DNA of 64,000 nucleotides from Amoebophrya sp. A120 (lineage: Eukaryota; Protista; Dinoflagellata): NCBI GenBank assembly GCA_905178155.1, contig CAJINV010000008.1:3807420-3871419 (forward strand), given 5' to 3'. The notes under the pieces are model-generated. The model saw nothing but the letters and a program-made list of their open reading frames with translations, was not told the DNA's origin and did no database searches. Shown piece by piece: positions 25,417 to 38,948 of the stretch (position 1 is the stretch's first letter; every line of letters begins with the position of its first letter). The translations under genes and the position numbers were made by a program.

Positions 25417-28400
25417 ATGGCGCCGACTCCGGCTACGTCTTCCTCCTCTCCCCTTCGGGAGAAGAACGCGGAGATGCGGCAGCGTGCGAGCTCCGCCGAC
25501 ATGTCCTCGCTGCAGTGGCTAAACGTGATCGTCGGGACCTTCTGGCCGCACACAAAAACCGCCATCCAGGACATTGTGGAGAAGCAGCTGATCCCCGAGA
25601 TCCAGAAGCAGCCCGGCTGCTCCGAGCTCCACTTCGCAAGGTTTAATTTAGGCAGTAGGGCCCCGAGCTTCGGCCCGATCCAGGTGCACCGACACCGGGA
25701 CAAGCTCGGCCGGGAAAAACTGCACATCCAGCTCGCGATCGAGTACAACAGCGACATTGACATCTTACTGGACAGCGGATACCAGGCCACTGTCGGTACT
25801 AAGCTTTAGTGATAGGAATGGAGTAGCAGGTTCTGCTGTAGCTTCGTCTTTGATGAAGGAAACAAGCGACGTTTGTTTCTTTTGTTTCACTCGTAGCTTC
25901 ACTCGTAGCATTATGATAGGATTGTCGGCAGCACAGCGGCGCATGATTGAGATTGATTGTGTTTGTCTTTACTTTTTGAGCTGTGCTACTTTACGAATAG
26001 GACGTACAGACTAACATCTTCTCCCTACACAACGAGCTCAACCAACTTTATCAGGTATCAAGGGCATAACTTTCAACGGCAATGTGAACGTCGTACTGGG
26101 GCCCATGCTGGACGCCCTCCCATTAGTCGCCTGCGCACAGGTCTTTTTCGCCACGAAGCCAGAAATAGCATTCGAGTTTGACGGTAAGGAACAGGGGCAC
26201 TTACACTGAATTGCTTGTGCTTGTTCTGCTTGACTCCTACTGGAAAATTACCCCTTTATTTCTGTGTACTACTATGAAAAACAAAAACACGAACAGATTT
26301 TTCTGTATAACAAGATGATGATTAGTTTGTGAAAAATATGAAGAGCATATTTTTCGATTTTTCAGGTTTCCTCGGCGCGTCCGGTGGTTCCCTCGAGCAG
26401 TTCATAATTTCCACCGTGGAGGAACAGATCTCCAAGCAATTCTTGCTGCCGAACCGCTTGGTGCAAATGGTTTGCCTGGATAAGAAGCTGGTCGATGATC
26501 TCACCGCCGCGGCCACCTCTGTCCCCAAGGGGGTGCTTTGCGTCCGAGCCAAATCCGCGAAGAACCTCGCCGGCGCCGACTGGCAGTGGAGCAGCGAGTC
26601 TGATTCCTTTTTATCAAACCCGTACCCAAAATATAAACTCGGCGGCAGCCAACCAGTCATGGGTCCGGTAAGACAAAAAACCTGCGCACCGAACTGGAGT
26701 GGGGGCACGAACACGGCGGGTGGCAGTAGTTCCTCCACTTCGACGCAAGGAGGAGAAGAGGAGGACAACTTCGCGCACTTTCTGGTCTACTCCACCGACC
26801 AATCGTTCTCCGTTGCGGTGAAACACGACCCAAAAGCGGGCGCGAGCAATCCGCTGATGACGTGGAGCAAAAGCGCAACGAGCGGCACGACGTTCCTCGG
26901 CGACAGCGACGAGATACCGCTCTTAGATTTACCGGAGCACTGGCAACGACTCGACGGAGAAAAATCCAGTCACTTCACGCAAACGATAGTCCTAAACACG
27001 AAACTCGTGCAAAAAGAGATGCTGCATGCCAATGACCCGGTGGCGCTTGGTAATAAAATTGGAGTTTGATGTAGTTCTCCAAGTCCAATGCCTGCTTACA
27101 TATTATGGTAAATGCTCGTTTATTCCTGCTTGAGATGATGAACAAGTAGATCATCTTCCATTCTAAAATCTTTCATTCGTCAACGAACAACCCATAAAAT
27201 CGCAACAGGCACCGCCCCTTCCCTCCTGGAGCTCGAGGCTCAGTGGCTGAAGCTGAGCAAGCAGCCCCCGACAGAGAAGCCGCAGTCCTCGATGGCGAAA
27301 CCGCACGTGGCGCTCTTTGTCAAAGTCCATGATGCGCGGGGGGTTTCGCAGAAACTCGTCGAGGAAGGTTTGTCGGTAGAGGCGGTTGTGAAGACAGCCG
27401 GTGGATCATCAACTTCCTCCTCTTCCTCGGCACAGAAAAGTAAATCCGCCAGACTCCGAGCGATCACCGGCAAAGCGCACTTGGAGCTCGACGAAGAGGA
27501 GCTGGACAGCTTGGCCGCGAAAAAGTCCGATCGGGGAAATATCTACGGAAAAATCGCGTATATCGTGGATAAACTGGTCGAGAGGAAGATGAAGGCCAGC
27601 GACATCGCGGACATAATCGGCATGAAGGTCACTGATGTGGAAAAGTACATAGCGTACAAGATAGAGCAGGACGCGAAGCAGACCCGGATGAAGCTGAACC
27701 CGCAAGCGACCGCCCTGGAAACGATGAAACAGAATAAGGAAGCGCGGTGGAGCGAGGTTCTGTTCCTCTGCATGCCGGAAGAGGACGTCGTCATGAGCGA
27801 CTTGTGGGTAAATTTGGTCACGTCCGGGGGTACGACCAGCATAGGGCAGCTCGTGTTCTCCCTACAGATGCTCAAGCAAAATGGCGGGGAGCTGAAGCGT
27901 ATCATTTACGATACAACAGCTTTTCTGTAGTAGACATCCATCACTAATTCTGACATTAATGTCCTCTTTGCAGTTAGGCTTTTAGTTTTGCTACGGACTG
28001 GTGCAGTTTCCGTTGCAAGCCAAAAAAACTCATATACATATACAACCTGGTGCTGCTCTTTTCTTCTCTTTGAAATGAAATTGAAATTCCCTCTATACCC
28101 ACTTGTTTATGAATATGTATGAACAACACTATCAGGCGCCAGGCACAGTTTGAAGCCACCGGCGGAGTCCCAGCTGATGCAAACCGCGGCGGCCGCAGCA
28201 ACCCCGCTGAACCAGCTCTCCAACTGGTTTTTTTCCGCGACCAAGTCTGCGACGAACACGTGCACGCAGTCCCCGACCAGTCCGGGGGGGCAAAAGAGGA
28301 AAGTCGTCGCCGACGCCATTGATCTAGAGTTGGAGGTAGAACTGCTCTACCTCGTCCCTGATTCTATCCCCCAGTCCGATTACGACGAGGAGTCTATCGA

Positions 28401-28557
28401 AGAGGAGCCGAGCCCCAACAGAACGAAACAGGGCCAGACGAATGGAAATTTAAAGGCTCGGGTCAGCTACGTGGGAGAAGACGAACTGTCGCAACCAAAA
28501 CCGGTGGCTATGCTGAACAGTGGTGCGGCCGCCGGGGGAAGTAGCAGGAGAGTGTGA
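25417..28557 (+). CDS. SMP + C2 domain protein (extended synaptotagmin/tricalbin-like), 767 aa
   Basis: Exons 25417-25795, 26055-26183, 26366-27049, 27209-27898, 28136-28557, all GT-AG. SMP motifs LQWLNVIVGTFWP, FARFNLGSRAP, LGPMLDALPLV, LLPNR; C2 motifs PKGVLCVRAKSAKNL, SNPYPK, KTCAPNW. Confidence 0.85.
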
Positions 28558-29554
28558 TCATTATAATTATATCAATTTCAATGTAGGAGAAAAAAAATAA
28601 AAAAATGATCAGCTTTGCACTGAAGTCTCCAGCAGCTGAATTTCATTTGGTTGCGCGTGCTGGATATGGAGTTGGAGGTGCCTTATGCTGCGACCTTGCT
28701 GTGATCAACTGAAACTGATTGGACTTGTTAACTACAAAGTCGGCAGAAGATATCTGTGTCTGTCGACTGACTTGCGAAAAAAAAGACGCGTAATCCGACA
28801 CCGACGAGGTGCCTGGTATTTGATGCTTTGCAGTGTTCCTCGGCAGTCAACGAGAATTAGGTGGTCCCCGATTCGACAGAATCAGGGTGTATGATGTTTT
28901 TGATTGCGTTCTTCCTTCAAGTCGTGTTTGGTGTGATTTTTTTCAGAGCAAGATCGTCGATGCCGTTCTTCTCCTCGTCCTCGCCTTCGTCAAACAAAAT
29001 CGTGCAGATGATTGGAAAATAGGCTAAGCTGTACGAAGCTGGAAAAGCTTATCAAATAGATACTGTAAATAATGCACTTCTAATGGAGGTGCTGCACAGC
29101 AGGTGCAGGACGAGTAGCGTCAGGCTTTGTCTTGTTGCTGGTCGTCCTCGCTTCCTATATTGATCTCCAAACTTCTCGTGCTTGTCGTTGATCGTGCGTG
29201 TCGTGCTGTCAAAGTCAGTGCTTATGCACTAAGTTTTACCGCACTTAGATTTTAGCCAATCATGCGCACAAGTACTGATTATCATAAGGCACTTATGTTG
29301 ATAAAGTCTGCCTCTGCGTCAGGCTATTTTAGGAATGATTCCAAATAATTCGCAGCAGAACTACAACATTTGTGGGGTTCAGTTTGCAACTTCAGCTTCC
29401 CATAGATATTCATACTGTGACTCCCCGTCCCCTTGTTTTGTTGGTGGCTTACTACATTTGGTCTTGTTCAATTTTTCATGCCCGACTAGATTGTTATTCT
29501 TGTACCACGATCGCTCTCAAAAGCGTGAACTGGCCGTGATTTGAGCTTTTTAGA

Positions 29555-32500
29555 ATGTTGTTGACAACTCGCCCCCCTGACAGATCAACGGCGCAATCGT
29601 CCTCTGGCCCGGTGTCAGCAACACGAAGCCGAAACATGCAATCGCGTCTACAAAACACAACAACTTCTTCCACTGCGCAAGAGGAGTTGCCTCCACGAGA
29701 GGGCCTTGCTGGTGGAAATTCGGTCGAGAATGATCAAGAACTAGGAAAAGCGACAACTACAACGACCTTGGGTCTGCAGCCAGATAAAGATAAACAAGTA
29801 GTTGAGGCAGAGCTACTTGATGCGCCCCCTGCAGATGAACAAGAAGTTGACCTGTCCTCAGCAGCTAATCCTACTGCGGCACGCGAATTATTATCAGAAA
29901 CGAAATCCGCGAAGATCAATCGGTACCGTCTGCTCCAGCAGAAATTCGTCACCGAATACCGCAAATTGCTTCATACGGTAAACACCTTCCGCAGCGCAAC
30001 ATTCCAGGTCAGGAATAAACTGGACAAAGCCGAAGCGATCCTGTTCACGCCGCTCACCTTCGAAGCGAGGAGGCGTGGTCATGTCATCAATGTTGTGGAG
30101 AACGCCAGCGGGGGAGAGCACCAGAGCGAAGAACAGATCCAGGTAAAAAAAGGCGACCACAAAAAGCATGACAGACCACTTCTACCCCCTTCCTGGACTT
30201 CCCTCCCACTCTTGGAGTATGGTTTCTACGAGAAGTTTTTCCAATCGCCGTCCGCCCAGCTCTGTCTCGTCTCCGACTACTTCACAGCAGTTTTGTCAAT
30301 GGAGGAAAGAAAGGGGATCTGGAAGAAGCTAATCGGCGGTCGGCGGAACGAGGCGACACTACGAGAAATCACCTGCCTGGTGTTGCTCGCTCGGACGGAA
30401 CAGCTACCGCGGTTTCGCGCGTGGGTGATGCAGATTAATAACAGGAGGAAAACGAAAGGCAGTGCTGCGGTCGTCGTGGAGGAGCCTCAGCTCCCTGTTG
30501 CAGTTGCAGAAGGGGCGATTGTTGCAAGCACCACGGATCGACAAGTAGTAGGAGGCAAAGTAAAGAGAGAAAAACCCATGGCGGGGACGAAGCTTCTGGG
30601 CGGTAGAGATTTTGAGTACACGACAGACTTCGTCTCCGTATCCTCTTTGGACAGGTGGGATGCTGTTTTAGAGAAGTTTCCGCCGAAATCTGAACAGCAG
30701 CTGACACCATCGATTTCGAGGAATGAAGAGGTGGCCGACTTGCTTGCAAAGACAGCTGAGCAGGGACGGAATCAGGATCATGCGAAGCCGAAAAACTCCT
30801 TCCGTGCGATTCTTGATAGGCTAAGCGAATTTCAGGTCGCGGAGGACCAAAGCGTGGCCGATGCGAACAACACCACACTGAAGGCAGGGTCGAGTGTGGG
30901 AAGGACAGACCACAGCGAGACATCACATGACCCGCACGACATCTTATCCCACCCGGCGTTTTCCATGCGTACCGCCAAGGGAACGCCGATACTGAGTGCG
31001 AAAGTCCGCGCGCTGCTGCACGTAAAGCGATTTGTGTCCGCGTCAGCGTTGTTGGTCAGCAATAAGAAAAAACAAGAGCAAGAGCAGGGAATAACTTCCC
31101 AGAATCTACTTCGGGCAAAAATAAAACACGTCGACGAGGAACAGCAGCAGCAAGAAACAGAAAGCGTAATCGCAAACCAAAGAGAAAGCGCTAGCGCAGT
31201 CCCACCTGCAGTAGTAGGCACAAGAAGTGAAATAGGACGACCTGTTGCACCTCAAAAGGCGGCCGCCCTGGCGGACGATAGTGCTATGCTGGCTAGTACC
31301 GACAATATAAATAGAGGCGTGACGGCACAGCAAGAAGTGCTACAGATAGGCGATCGCTCCCCGCCTCAGTCGACCGGCTTCGGCCAAAACACGGCTGGTT
31401 CACCAGCTGTTGTACCTCCTGATGCTGCGTCTATGCTGGTCGCCTCACCAGCAGCAAAAGCGTCCACGGTTGAGGAACAGAGCCGGCAAGAGAAGACCAC
31501 GGCAGGGGCGCAGCTGCAAACCGGTGGTGCTAGTAGCCTGGAAAGCGTAAGCGAAAGTGGACCACGACCTGCAGCCATAATGTCCCAGGAAGCTACTCCT
31601 ACTTTGGGTGCAGCTACAGAAGCCCCTTCTACTGCAGAGCAACGAGGACTCGTTGTCAATTCACCGACGAGTCAGCCCTCATCTTCGACTCTTGCAGTTG
31701 CCGCACCTCCTGCTTCTCCCGGCCCTACAGTACCACCAGCTACTGGTTCTTCGGAGGCAGCCTCCGCCAGGACTGTCCCAGCAGTTGCAGTTTCTCCTCC
31801 CGCTGCAGCCAGCGTCAATACCACCAGGGCAGTGGAAAATACCAAGCAGCAGCAGCAGGGCGAAGCCGTCCTTTTGACCAACGCGACGGATGCGGAACTC
31901 CGGTTCCACGTCATTCTCGTGGATGCGAGCGCGAAACTGGGCATCAAAAAATCCGGACCGCCAAATCTCGAGGACTTGCATATCCTCAGTAAAAACATCC
32001 CCACACCAGAGTCAAGATGGGGATTTTGCAACACAAACCTAGAACTTTTGGAGGTCACGCATCACAAGTTGCAGTCCGTAGTGTAGTGCAGGTTCGCAAG
32101 GCCAGCTGCGTCAGAAATCCATCTGCTCATCCTGTTTACACCATTACAAATTCCAAAACACGACTAAAAATGCCTTTCCTGGCGATGCGCATTACAAATG
32201 TTCCTGTCATTGCAAACCTGCGTAACAACTCTGGCGTGGGTACGTTTTTACATAGGATATTGCAACTCCTGCAGTCCACGAATTTGAAACAACAGATTTT
32301 GGTCTCCAAGGTGACCTATCAAATGTAAAAATGTCTGGGTCTGGAAGATTGGAACTTGTGATGCTAAATCTGAATCATGTAAAAATCTGTGTTGCATGAT
32401 TACCAAAAGCTGTCCACTTTTGACCTAATCGGGGGGCAATTTCTCATGCAGGATAGGCATGATAGAACTCTCACAGAATCTGTCATGCTATGTCCTACAT

Positions 32501-33966
32501 ACAAGACCTCATGGGCCATGGAAAACCTGCATGACAAAGCAGGCAATCTTCCAGACCCAGACATATTTGCAATCCATATGACCCAATTTCAGGCGGCTGA
32601 CTTGGGCCGGGTGCGGGTGTCGGACCGGATCCACGCGCTGGACGGCAAAACGGTGATCAACGCGGATAAGCTGTACAGGGGCGTGAACTTCACAGAAAGA
32701 GAATTCCGGGACGTGTTGCAGAAACAGCGGCCCGTCGCGGTGGAATTCGCTCGCCCACTTTACTGGAAGGAAAATTTCAAGAAGAATCCCCTTGTTTCCT
32801 GTCTGTTTCTGGAAATGCCACTTCCATCAACTCCTGCAGCAGCTCCTGACGTAGTTGACGGCGCTGCTAATTCTAAGAATCAACAGCAGATGAACCAGAT
32901 AAAACTCGGATTCCACAAAATCGGGCTCTACGCCTATGCGAGCGCAAGTAGCAAGCCAATGATTGCAACATCTTCTGGTGCGCCGGCGAAAGGGAACAAG
33001 GGTGGAAAAACTACGCAGTTGCAAAGGGCAACCAAACCGCGAAACTCCGTCTACTTCGTCACCCGTGTCAAGCCAGGGGGGTTGGCGGAAAAAGCAGGGG
33101 TGAAAGTGGGGGATAGAATAGGCATCCGGAAAAACTACGCTGCTGAAGACCACGCGGTGATGAACAACCAAAACCAAAACGCCCGAATTTGCTCCTTCGA
33201 TTTCGAATTCGAGCAAGTCATTAAAGCCAGCCGATCCCCACCACAGCTACCAGAAGTGCAGGCTGCCGCAAACAAGAACAAACCGTTGACCGTTCCCGCA
33301 CAAGATTCTTCCCGCGCATCTACGCCGGTGGCCAGAACGATTGCGAAGCTGCCGGGTTTGAGCGGGGTTGTAGTTGCAGGCAATAAAAAGCAAGGATCAT
33401 CTACGGCAAATCGTCAACCTTCGGCGGCGCCAACTCCAACACTGGTCTTCGTCCGGCCATACTACCAAAAGTACAATTATGCGACCGCCAACCTTATCAC
33501 CCTCGAGTCCTTCGACCCCGCCGAGAAACTGGGAATTACCAAGGTCGGCAGTTTGGACTATGAGAAGAGCGGAAAATGCGCCGCATTTGTGTTGCTAAAC
33601 GACAACCCGAAAACATCGTCTACCGGTGCTGGAGCCACTAGTACTGACGTCGCGACGGCGGAGATGAAGAACACTGCTACCACGACCACTGCGGCGCAGC
33701 GGTGCGGGATAAACAACGGTGACCGGATTGTGTCGGTCAATGGTATTCCGGTGGAGGAAATTGGAAGTGATATCAAGTTCCGACAGATGTGTAAAAAACG
33801 ACCGGTGAAAGTGGTCTTCGCAAGGGATGACTATGGACTGGTGTACCCGGACGCGCCGTGGAGTTTTGTCGGGACACCAGCGGCTCCAGGCAGAGGACCA
33901 GTGCAGCCTGCGAGGCCCGTCGACCCCGGGCTTTCTCTCCGGTATCTGGGGGAACCGCCGTACTGA
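29555..33966 (+). CDS. Multi-PDZ-like domain protein, 1286 aa
   Basis: Exons 29555-31980, 32265-32316, 32584-33966, joined by two TIR elements. PDZ-like segments ILVSKVTQFQAADLGRVRVSDRIHALDG, VTRVKPGGLAEKAGVKVGDRI, AAQRCGINNGDRIVSVNG...RPVKVVFAR. Confidence 0.8.
31981..32259. mobile_element. Introner-like TIR element, family E
   Basis: Direct repeat TTGCA at 31976-31980 and 32260-32264; TATCCTCAGTAAAAACATCCCCACACCAGAGT versus right-end reverse complement TATCCTATGTAAAAACGTACCCACGCCAGAGT (27/32). Frame restored. Confidence 0.9.
32317..32578. mobile_element. Introner-like TIR element, family B
   Basis: Direct repeat TGACC at 32312-32316 and 32579-32583; ATGTCTGGGTCTGGAAGATTG ... CAATCTTCCAGACCCAGACAT. 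Removal gives SKVT|QFQAAD inside a PDZ-like domain. Confidence 0.93.
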
Positions 33967-35067
33967 GGAAGGGAAAGAAACGGGCTGGTGATCATTTCTG
34001 ATGTGATGTCCAAAAGATAATGATAAAGATCATCCCAGATCGATGAATGAGATTTGATAGCTTCTTGTTCACAGTAGTGGTCGTCTCCCGATGATGCTGC
34101 CGAGGAGGTAGTGAGCTGCAACTTTCAGGTGTTGTGCCATCAGGTATGTAGAATAAAGTGTAGTACTCTCGAAGAGGTGGAAAACGGTTAAGCCTCCATG
34201 CGGCTCCATATTAATCATAACCAGCAACACGACCACATACTGCTGTAGCGTTTTCTTCCGCAATCATTTCTTTGTGTAGTTCACCGCGATGTTCTTGAAC
34301 AAGATCACGGCCGATTCACTTTTCGTCCTCTTGGGACGTTCTTGACAAGAAAGATCAAGAAGGCAGGGATCAAATTAAGTGCTCGTCGTTCTTTCATGTG
34401 CGGTTGCAGCTGCTGTTGCACTAGTACCAGAACGACCTGCAAGAAGTTGCTGATGAATGATTTTTGTTATATTTCATTGAAAATGAACCGTCTCGTTCGA
34501 GTTCGATCGCCTCTCGATTTAGAAGTACGCGCCGAATTGTCTGCTTATTTTCTCGTCTTGACTTAGAGGACGGCGACGGAAGAGGTTAATAAATGAAGGG
34601 GAAGTCGACCCCGAATTATAGATATGCAACGGCATGACCATGATCTTTAGCACCAACACGATAAGTTGAAGTTGAAAAGAAGCCCTCGCAACATTATACC
34701 TATCCTCGTTTCTCGCAAGAAGCAAGATCAAGAACATGGCTACTGAAGGACTAGGCGTCTTCGGATTCGTGGGTGGCGTGTGGGTGTCGTTAATATTAGT
34801 GTGTGAAGGAATAGTAAAAGGAGGACTCGAACAAAAAGTTCGCCATCCCGGAGGTGCGGTTCATCGCGGTCGACGTCCTCGCCGGGCACGATTGATGCGT
34901 TACGAAGCGATCGTACAGAAAATCGAGCAGAAAGAAAAGCACAGCGCCTTTTGTGACACGACTTCGATTTCTGCTTGCAGCTCCTAAATTGTAGCTTGTT
35001 ACAACTACTTCGTGTTTTTACGAAGAAAAATCTAAAGAGTAAGTAGTTCTTCTCGGTGAAGAACGTC

Positions 35068-36020
35068 ATGACCACCGTTGCCATCCGTCCCTCGCAGCAA
35101 CTGCAACAGCAGGCTGCCAACAAGAACGAGATCACGCTGCGCGGGTCGGTGGACATCATCACGGAGTTTTTTCACTACGCACTGAACAACATTCTCTACC
35201 AGCGCTGCATCTACCCGGCGTCGCTGTTCGGTTTCGAAAAGAAATATGGTCTGTCATTGATGGTCACGAAGGACGAGAAGCTGCAGGAGTATCTGACTCA
35301 GGTGTTGTCCCAGTTAGACAAGTGGCTGGTTGCCGGTCACGTTAGTCGGTTGGTTTTAGTGTTTCTGTCCGAAAAAACGAAGGAGGCGAAGGAAAGGTGG
35401 ACCTTTCACGTGGAGCAGGAAAAAAGTATATAAAGTGTTTTTATTGTAAAAGGTGTTAGTTTGAGGTGAAGCTGTAGCATCTATTGCATGCATTACGGCG
35501 ACTTCTGTTCCGTCACGTGCCGTCCATGCAAAGAGATAATACAATTTCGGACGATTCTGAAACCGAAAAGATAAATCCAGGTTACAGCCATCCAGCGACT
35601 TCGTCATCCACATCGGAGCAAGAAGACGCGCCGATGAGTGACGCCAATCAGAATGGGCCACGACCGGATCAACAACATCATCCAGGGCAACTACAAGCGC
35701 AAGAACCTGCTCAACCACCGCAGCTGCACAGAGTGAAAAACAAAAACACCAAGTCCATGCAGGAGATTACCCGGGAAATTCAGTCGATCATGCGCCAGAT
35801 AACCGCCTCCGTGTCCTTTTTGCCGGTGATTGACGAGATTATGGCGTTTGACCTGCTGATCTACTGCGATAAGCAGACCACCGTCCCCAAGTCCTGGGAG
35901 GAGGAGCTTCCTTCCGCGTACTCATTGAAGGAAAGCGCGTGCCAGCAGGTGCGTCTGTCTTCCTTTTCGACCTCGGTGCACCGGGTAGACAGCATGGTCA
36001 GCTACGCGATGGAAGACTGA
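35068..36020 (+). CDS. MAD2: Spindle assembly checkpoint HORMA protein MAD2
   Basis: ITLRGSVDIITEFFHYALNNILYQRCIYP, KKYGL, ERWTF, EIQSIMRQITASVSFLP, FDLLIY, VRLSSFSTSVHRVDSMVSY. GT-AG intron 35426-35580 (alternative in-frame acceptor at 35535). Confidence 0.95.
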
Positions 36021-36726
36021 TCCGATGCTGGTCGGCATTGGAAGGAGTGGCTCAGATCACACGGTAGTTGATGCGAAAGCTGCATTGACAACCCACACCT
36101 AAAGATGAAAATGAACGATACAACCTGCGGGATTTTTTGCACTAGAATAAAATGAACACCAGGACGAGCCGTTATTTTGTACTGGAGCTTCTACGAAATC
36201 TAAAACTAATACTGTAGTTGCGGATGCCGTAGCTTGTTTTGTGCGAGGAGCCGCGGCAACAGAGCTCATATCCTGTACACAGTCTTGATTCAAAACGTGG
36301 ACGTGAAGCAATGTAGAACCAACTAGAAGCAGGGACTGCGAGTGGATCGATAATTCTTTCGAAGAATTCCTCTCGACGTCCATTCCTATTCGTTCATCTT
36401 GGATTATGTCGATGTTGTTCGACGACGACGATCTAATGTCGCTTTCCGCTGCTTTTAGTTTTTCTTTTTCACTGTTTCTGTTTATTCTGCCGGTTGGTGG
36501 TCGAGTCGTTGGTTATGGCACAACGCATTGGGTTGAACACTCATATTGGCTCTCCCAAGTTATCTTTTGTTGTCGTGTGAGCAGCTTTTACCGGGAATAC
36601 GAACAAGAAACACGCAACAAGGCGCAGCAGGCTCTACTAGTTGTAAGCCATTTTTAGGTACCATCAAGTCGTTGAACCTGTGTGCCCACCGTCAAGAGTT
36701 CTTCTTGCACAACGATATCGTCGACC

Positions 36727-38098
36727 ATGTTCGTTCCTGGAGCTGCAACAGCTTCAGGCTCAGCTCCTGCGGGTTCTCACCAGAGCCGCAATATTTCCGG
36801 CTTCGAGCAGCGCACAACTGCCAACGTTGACGTCCAAGTCGAAGGTCAACCAGCACAACCGTCCGACTACTCCGACCACAGGGAATTTGACAGCTTCTAC
36901 TCCGAGGACGATGATGATGAAGACCACTTCTATGAGCTACTTGAGGCTGAGCTACTAAGCAACCGCTTTCCCCTTGGGCAAGGCTTGACGGTGAATGTGG
37001 GTGCTGCCGCTCTACGCAAGAGGTTCATGGGGAATATGATCGGACCCGCTGCTTCTGCAGCCTCTCGGGCGGGGGCACATGGAGTCCTCAATGCCGGCGA
37101 AGATGGTCGTGTCCTCCACCGAAGAGGATCTTCATGTCCAAGTGCTGACTCCGCGGAACAAGAACTCGAGCTACAACAAGCCGGAGAAGAAGATGTTGGC
37201 ACTTATGATGATGTTCTCTCTACTCCTGCCGCCGCATTTGCCTTAATCGGTCAGCCCCCCGCCCAGATCGTGAACGCGATGAGCACCCCGTCCGGACTGC
37301 TGCACCCAGCAGCCGCACTGGGTGGTGGAGCCTCGGGAGGTCATCTGAATGCGGCCCAGCACCTGCTCCCAGGCGGACTGCAGTTTGGCGGATTTGGCGC
37401 ACACCCCACTGCTGCTGGAATGAATTTATTCCAAGTACACCCGAATCTGTCCGAGGAGCAGCTGCTGGAGCATGAGGAGCAGGAGTTTGCGCGCAGGTTG
37501 GAGGAACTGCGAAGGCAGCGACCCGCTTTCTTGCCCATCGGGATGGTCAGCTTATCCTGTGCAAAAGTATCGTACTCGTATAAATGCATTACAAATTTTC
37601 TCAGCATGAGAAATAAAATTTGCAATGCTGATTTGCCTTGACAAAGAAATCCTGCATTTATACTTTTGCACAGCATACAGCTTCGAGGACGACAACGCGT
37701 TCCTGGAGGAAGAGGCGGAGGACGGCGTGGACGAGGAGGATGAGGAGGAAGAAGGCGGTGGTGGTGCAGCTGCAGGAGACAATGGTAATGCAGGCGATGT
37801 GGACATGGAAGATATAAGTGCCGAAGTCGCGGGGGCAGGAGCTTCATCCCAGCAGGCACAGGCTGCCGGGCTTGCAAGCCCCGACGAGGACCTGATTGGC
37901 GTCGACGCGGCAGCGGCTGCGCAGCAGGCTAGTAGTAGCCAAGCTGCTGCCAGTGCTCCACCGCACCAATCCCATCAACCAGCACCACAAGCTGGTAACG
38001 CTTCAGGATCGTCCTCGGGAGCAGGGGATAGAAACTCCATGATGACTCCGGGCGGCCCGAATCTCGGGGCGGGTAGCCCAGTGAATATTTTTACTTGA
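36727..38098 (+). CDS. Hypothetical acidic, low-complexity protein
   Basis: Exons 36727-37552 and 37683-38098 join in frame after TIR element removal; start codon uncertain; no domain recognised. Confidence 0.65.
37553..37677. mobile_element. Introner-like TIR element, family A, right arm partly deleted
   Basis: Direct repeat CAGCT at 37548-37552 and 37678-37682; TATCCTGTGCAAAAGTAT ... ATACTTTTGCACAGCATA. Removal gives GMVS|FEDDNAF. Confidence 0.9.
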
Positions 38099-38602
38099 TG
38101 AAGCACGCACCAGAATAAAGGGAGTAGTGATGTTTGTTCTGTTTGTGTTTGATGTGTTACTGTTGTCACGCGGATCATCAACATCATCATTGTTATTTGT
38201 GTGCACTGGAAAGACAGAAGCAGAACGCATCAGAAAGATCCAGCACTATTTCGATTTGTTATGTTCATTATCAGTGTAGTGGGCCTGGGCCGGGCCCGGG
38301 CGCCGTGATGATGGTTCCGGATCTGGTTGTCGGTGTGTGGCACCGATCACGGCAACATCGTGTCGTTGATATTGATCAAGAAGTCGGTTGCAGGAGCAAG
38401 CAAACGTTGGAGGTTGTACGCCTTAGTGCATATTAAAGAGAAGATGTCCATCCGAAATCCAAGCTGATGTTCAAATAAGATGCTAAAAGATTTAATGGCA
38501 CGTATTAAGCAGGTGCAGGAGGAGGTGCAAGAACAAGACTGCACGAAGATCGTCCGAGCACGTGATTGTCGTGATATGCCGGAAAGATCAGATAGACAAG
38601 AT

Positions 38603-38870
38603 CTCAGTTGAGATCTCGTTCCAGATTAAGCATGGATGAACTGAGATGATCTTCTATTCTACAAGATAATACTGTTCGAGCTACCGCCGGTCTAAAGACG
38701 TGGATTTTGAAGAATGAGAACCTACCTCTACCTGATTTCAAGAACACGATTTTATGCTCCAATACCAATTGATCGATGGTCAGAAATGGATCCAGAGACT
38801 GACAATGAGTAAGTGTTATATTTAGTTGGCCGCGGCCGCGGCGGGTTTTATGGCACATATCTCAACTGAG
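38603..38870. mobile_element. Possible intergenic MITE
   Basis: Perfect 12-bp inverted repeat CTCAGTTGAGAT (38603-38614) / ATCTCAACTGAG (38859-38870), flanked on both sides by GAT; single copy in the window. Confidence 0.3.
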
Positions 38871-38948
38871 GATCGGCATCGCGTCGTCATCAACTAGACT
38901 ATACCAGCACTACGCCAAGAAGAAGAACAACATCACAGATAAAATACC

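Noticed and set aside
36643-36668. GTAAGCCATTTTTAGGTACCATCAAG as a relic dinoflagellate spliced leader (CCGTAGCCATTTTGGCTCAAG)
   Set aside because: The match needs several indels and could be chance; the patch near 21401 is equally weak.
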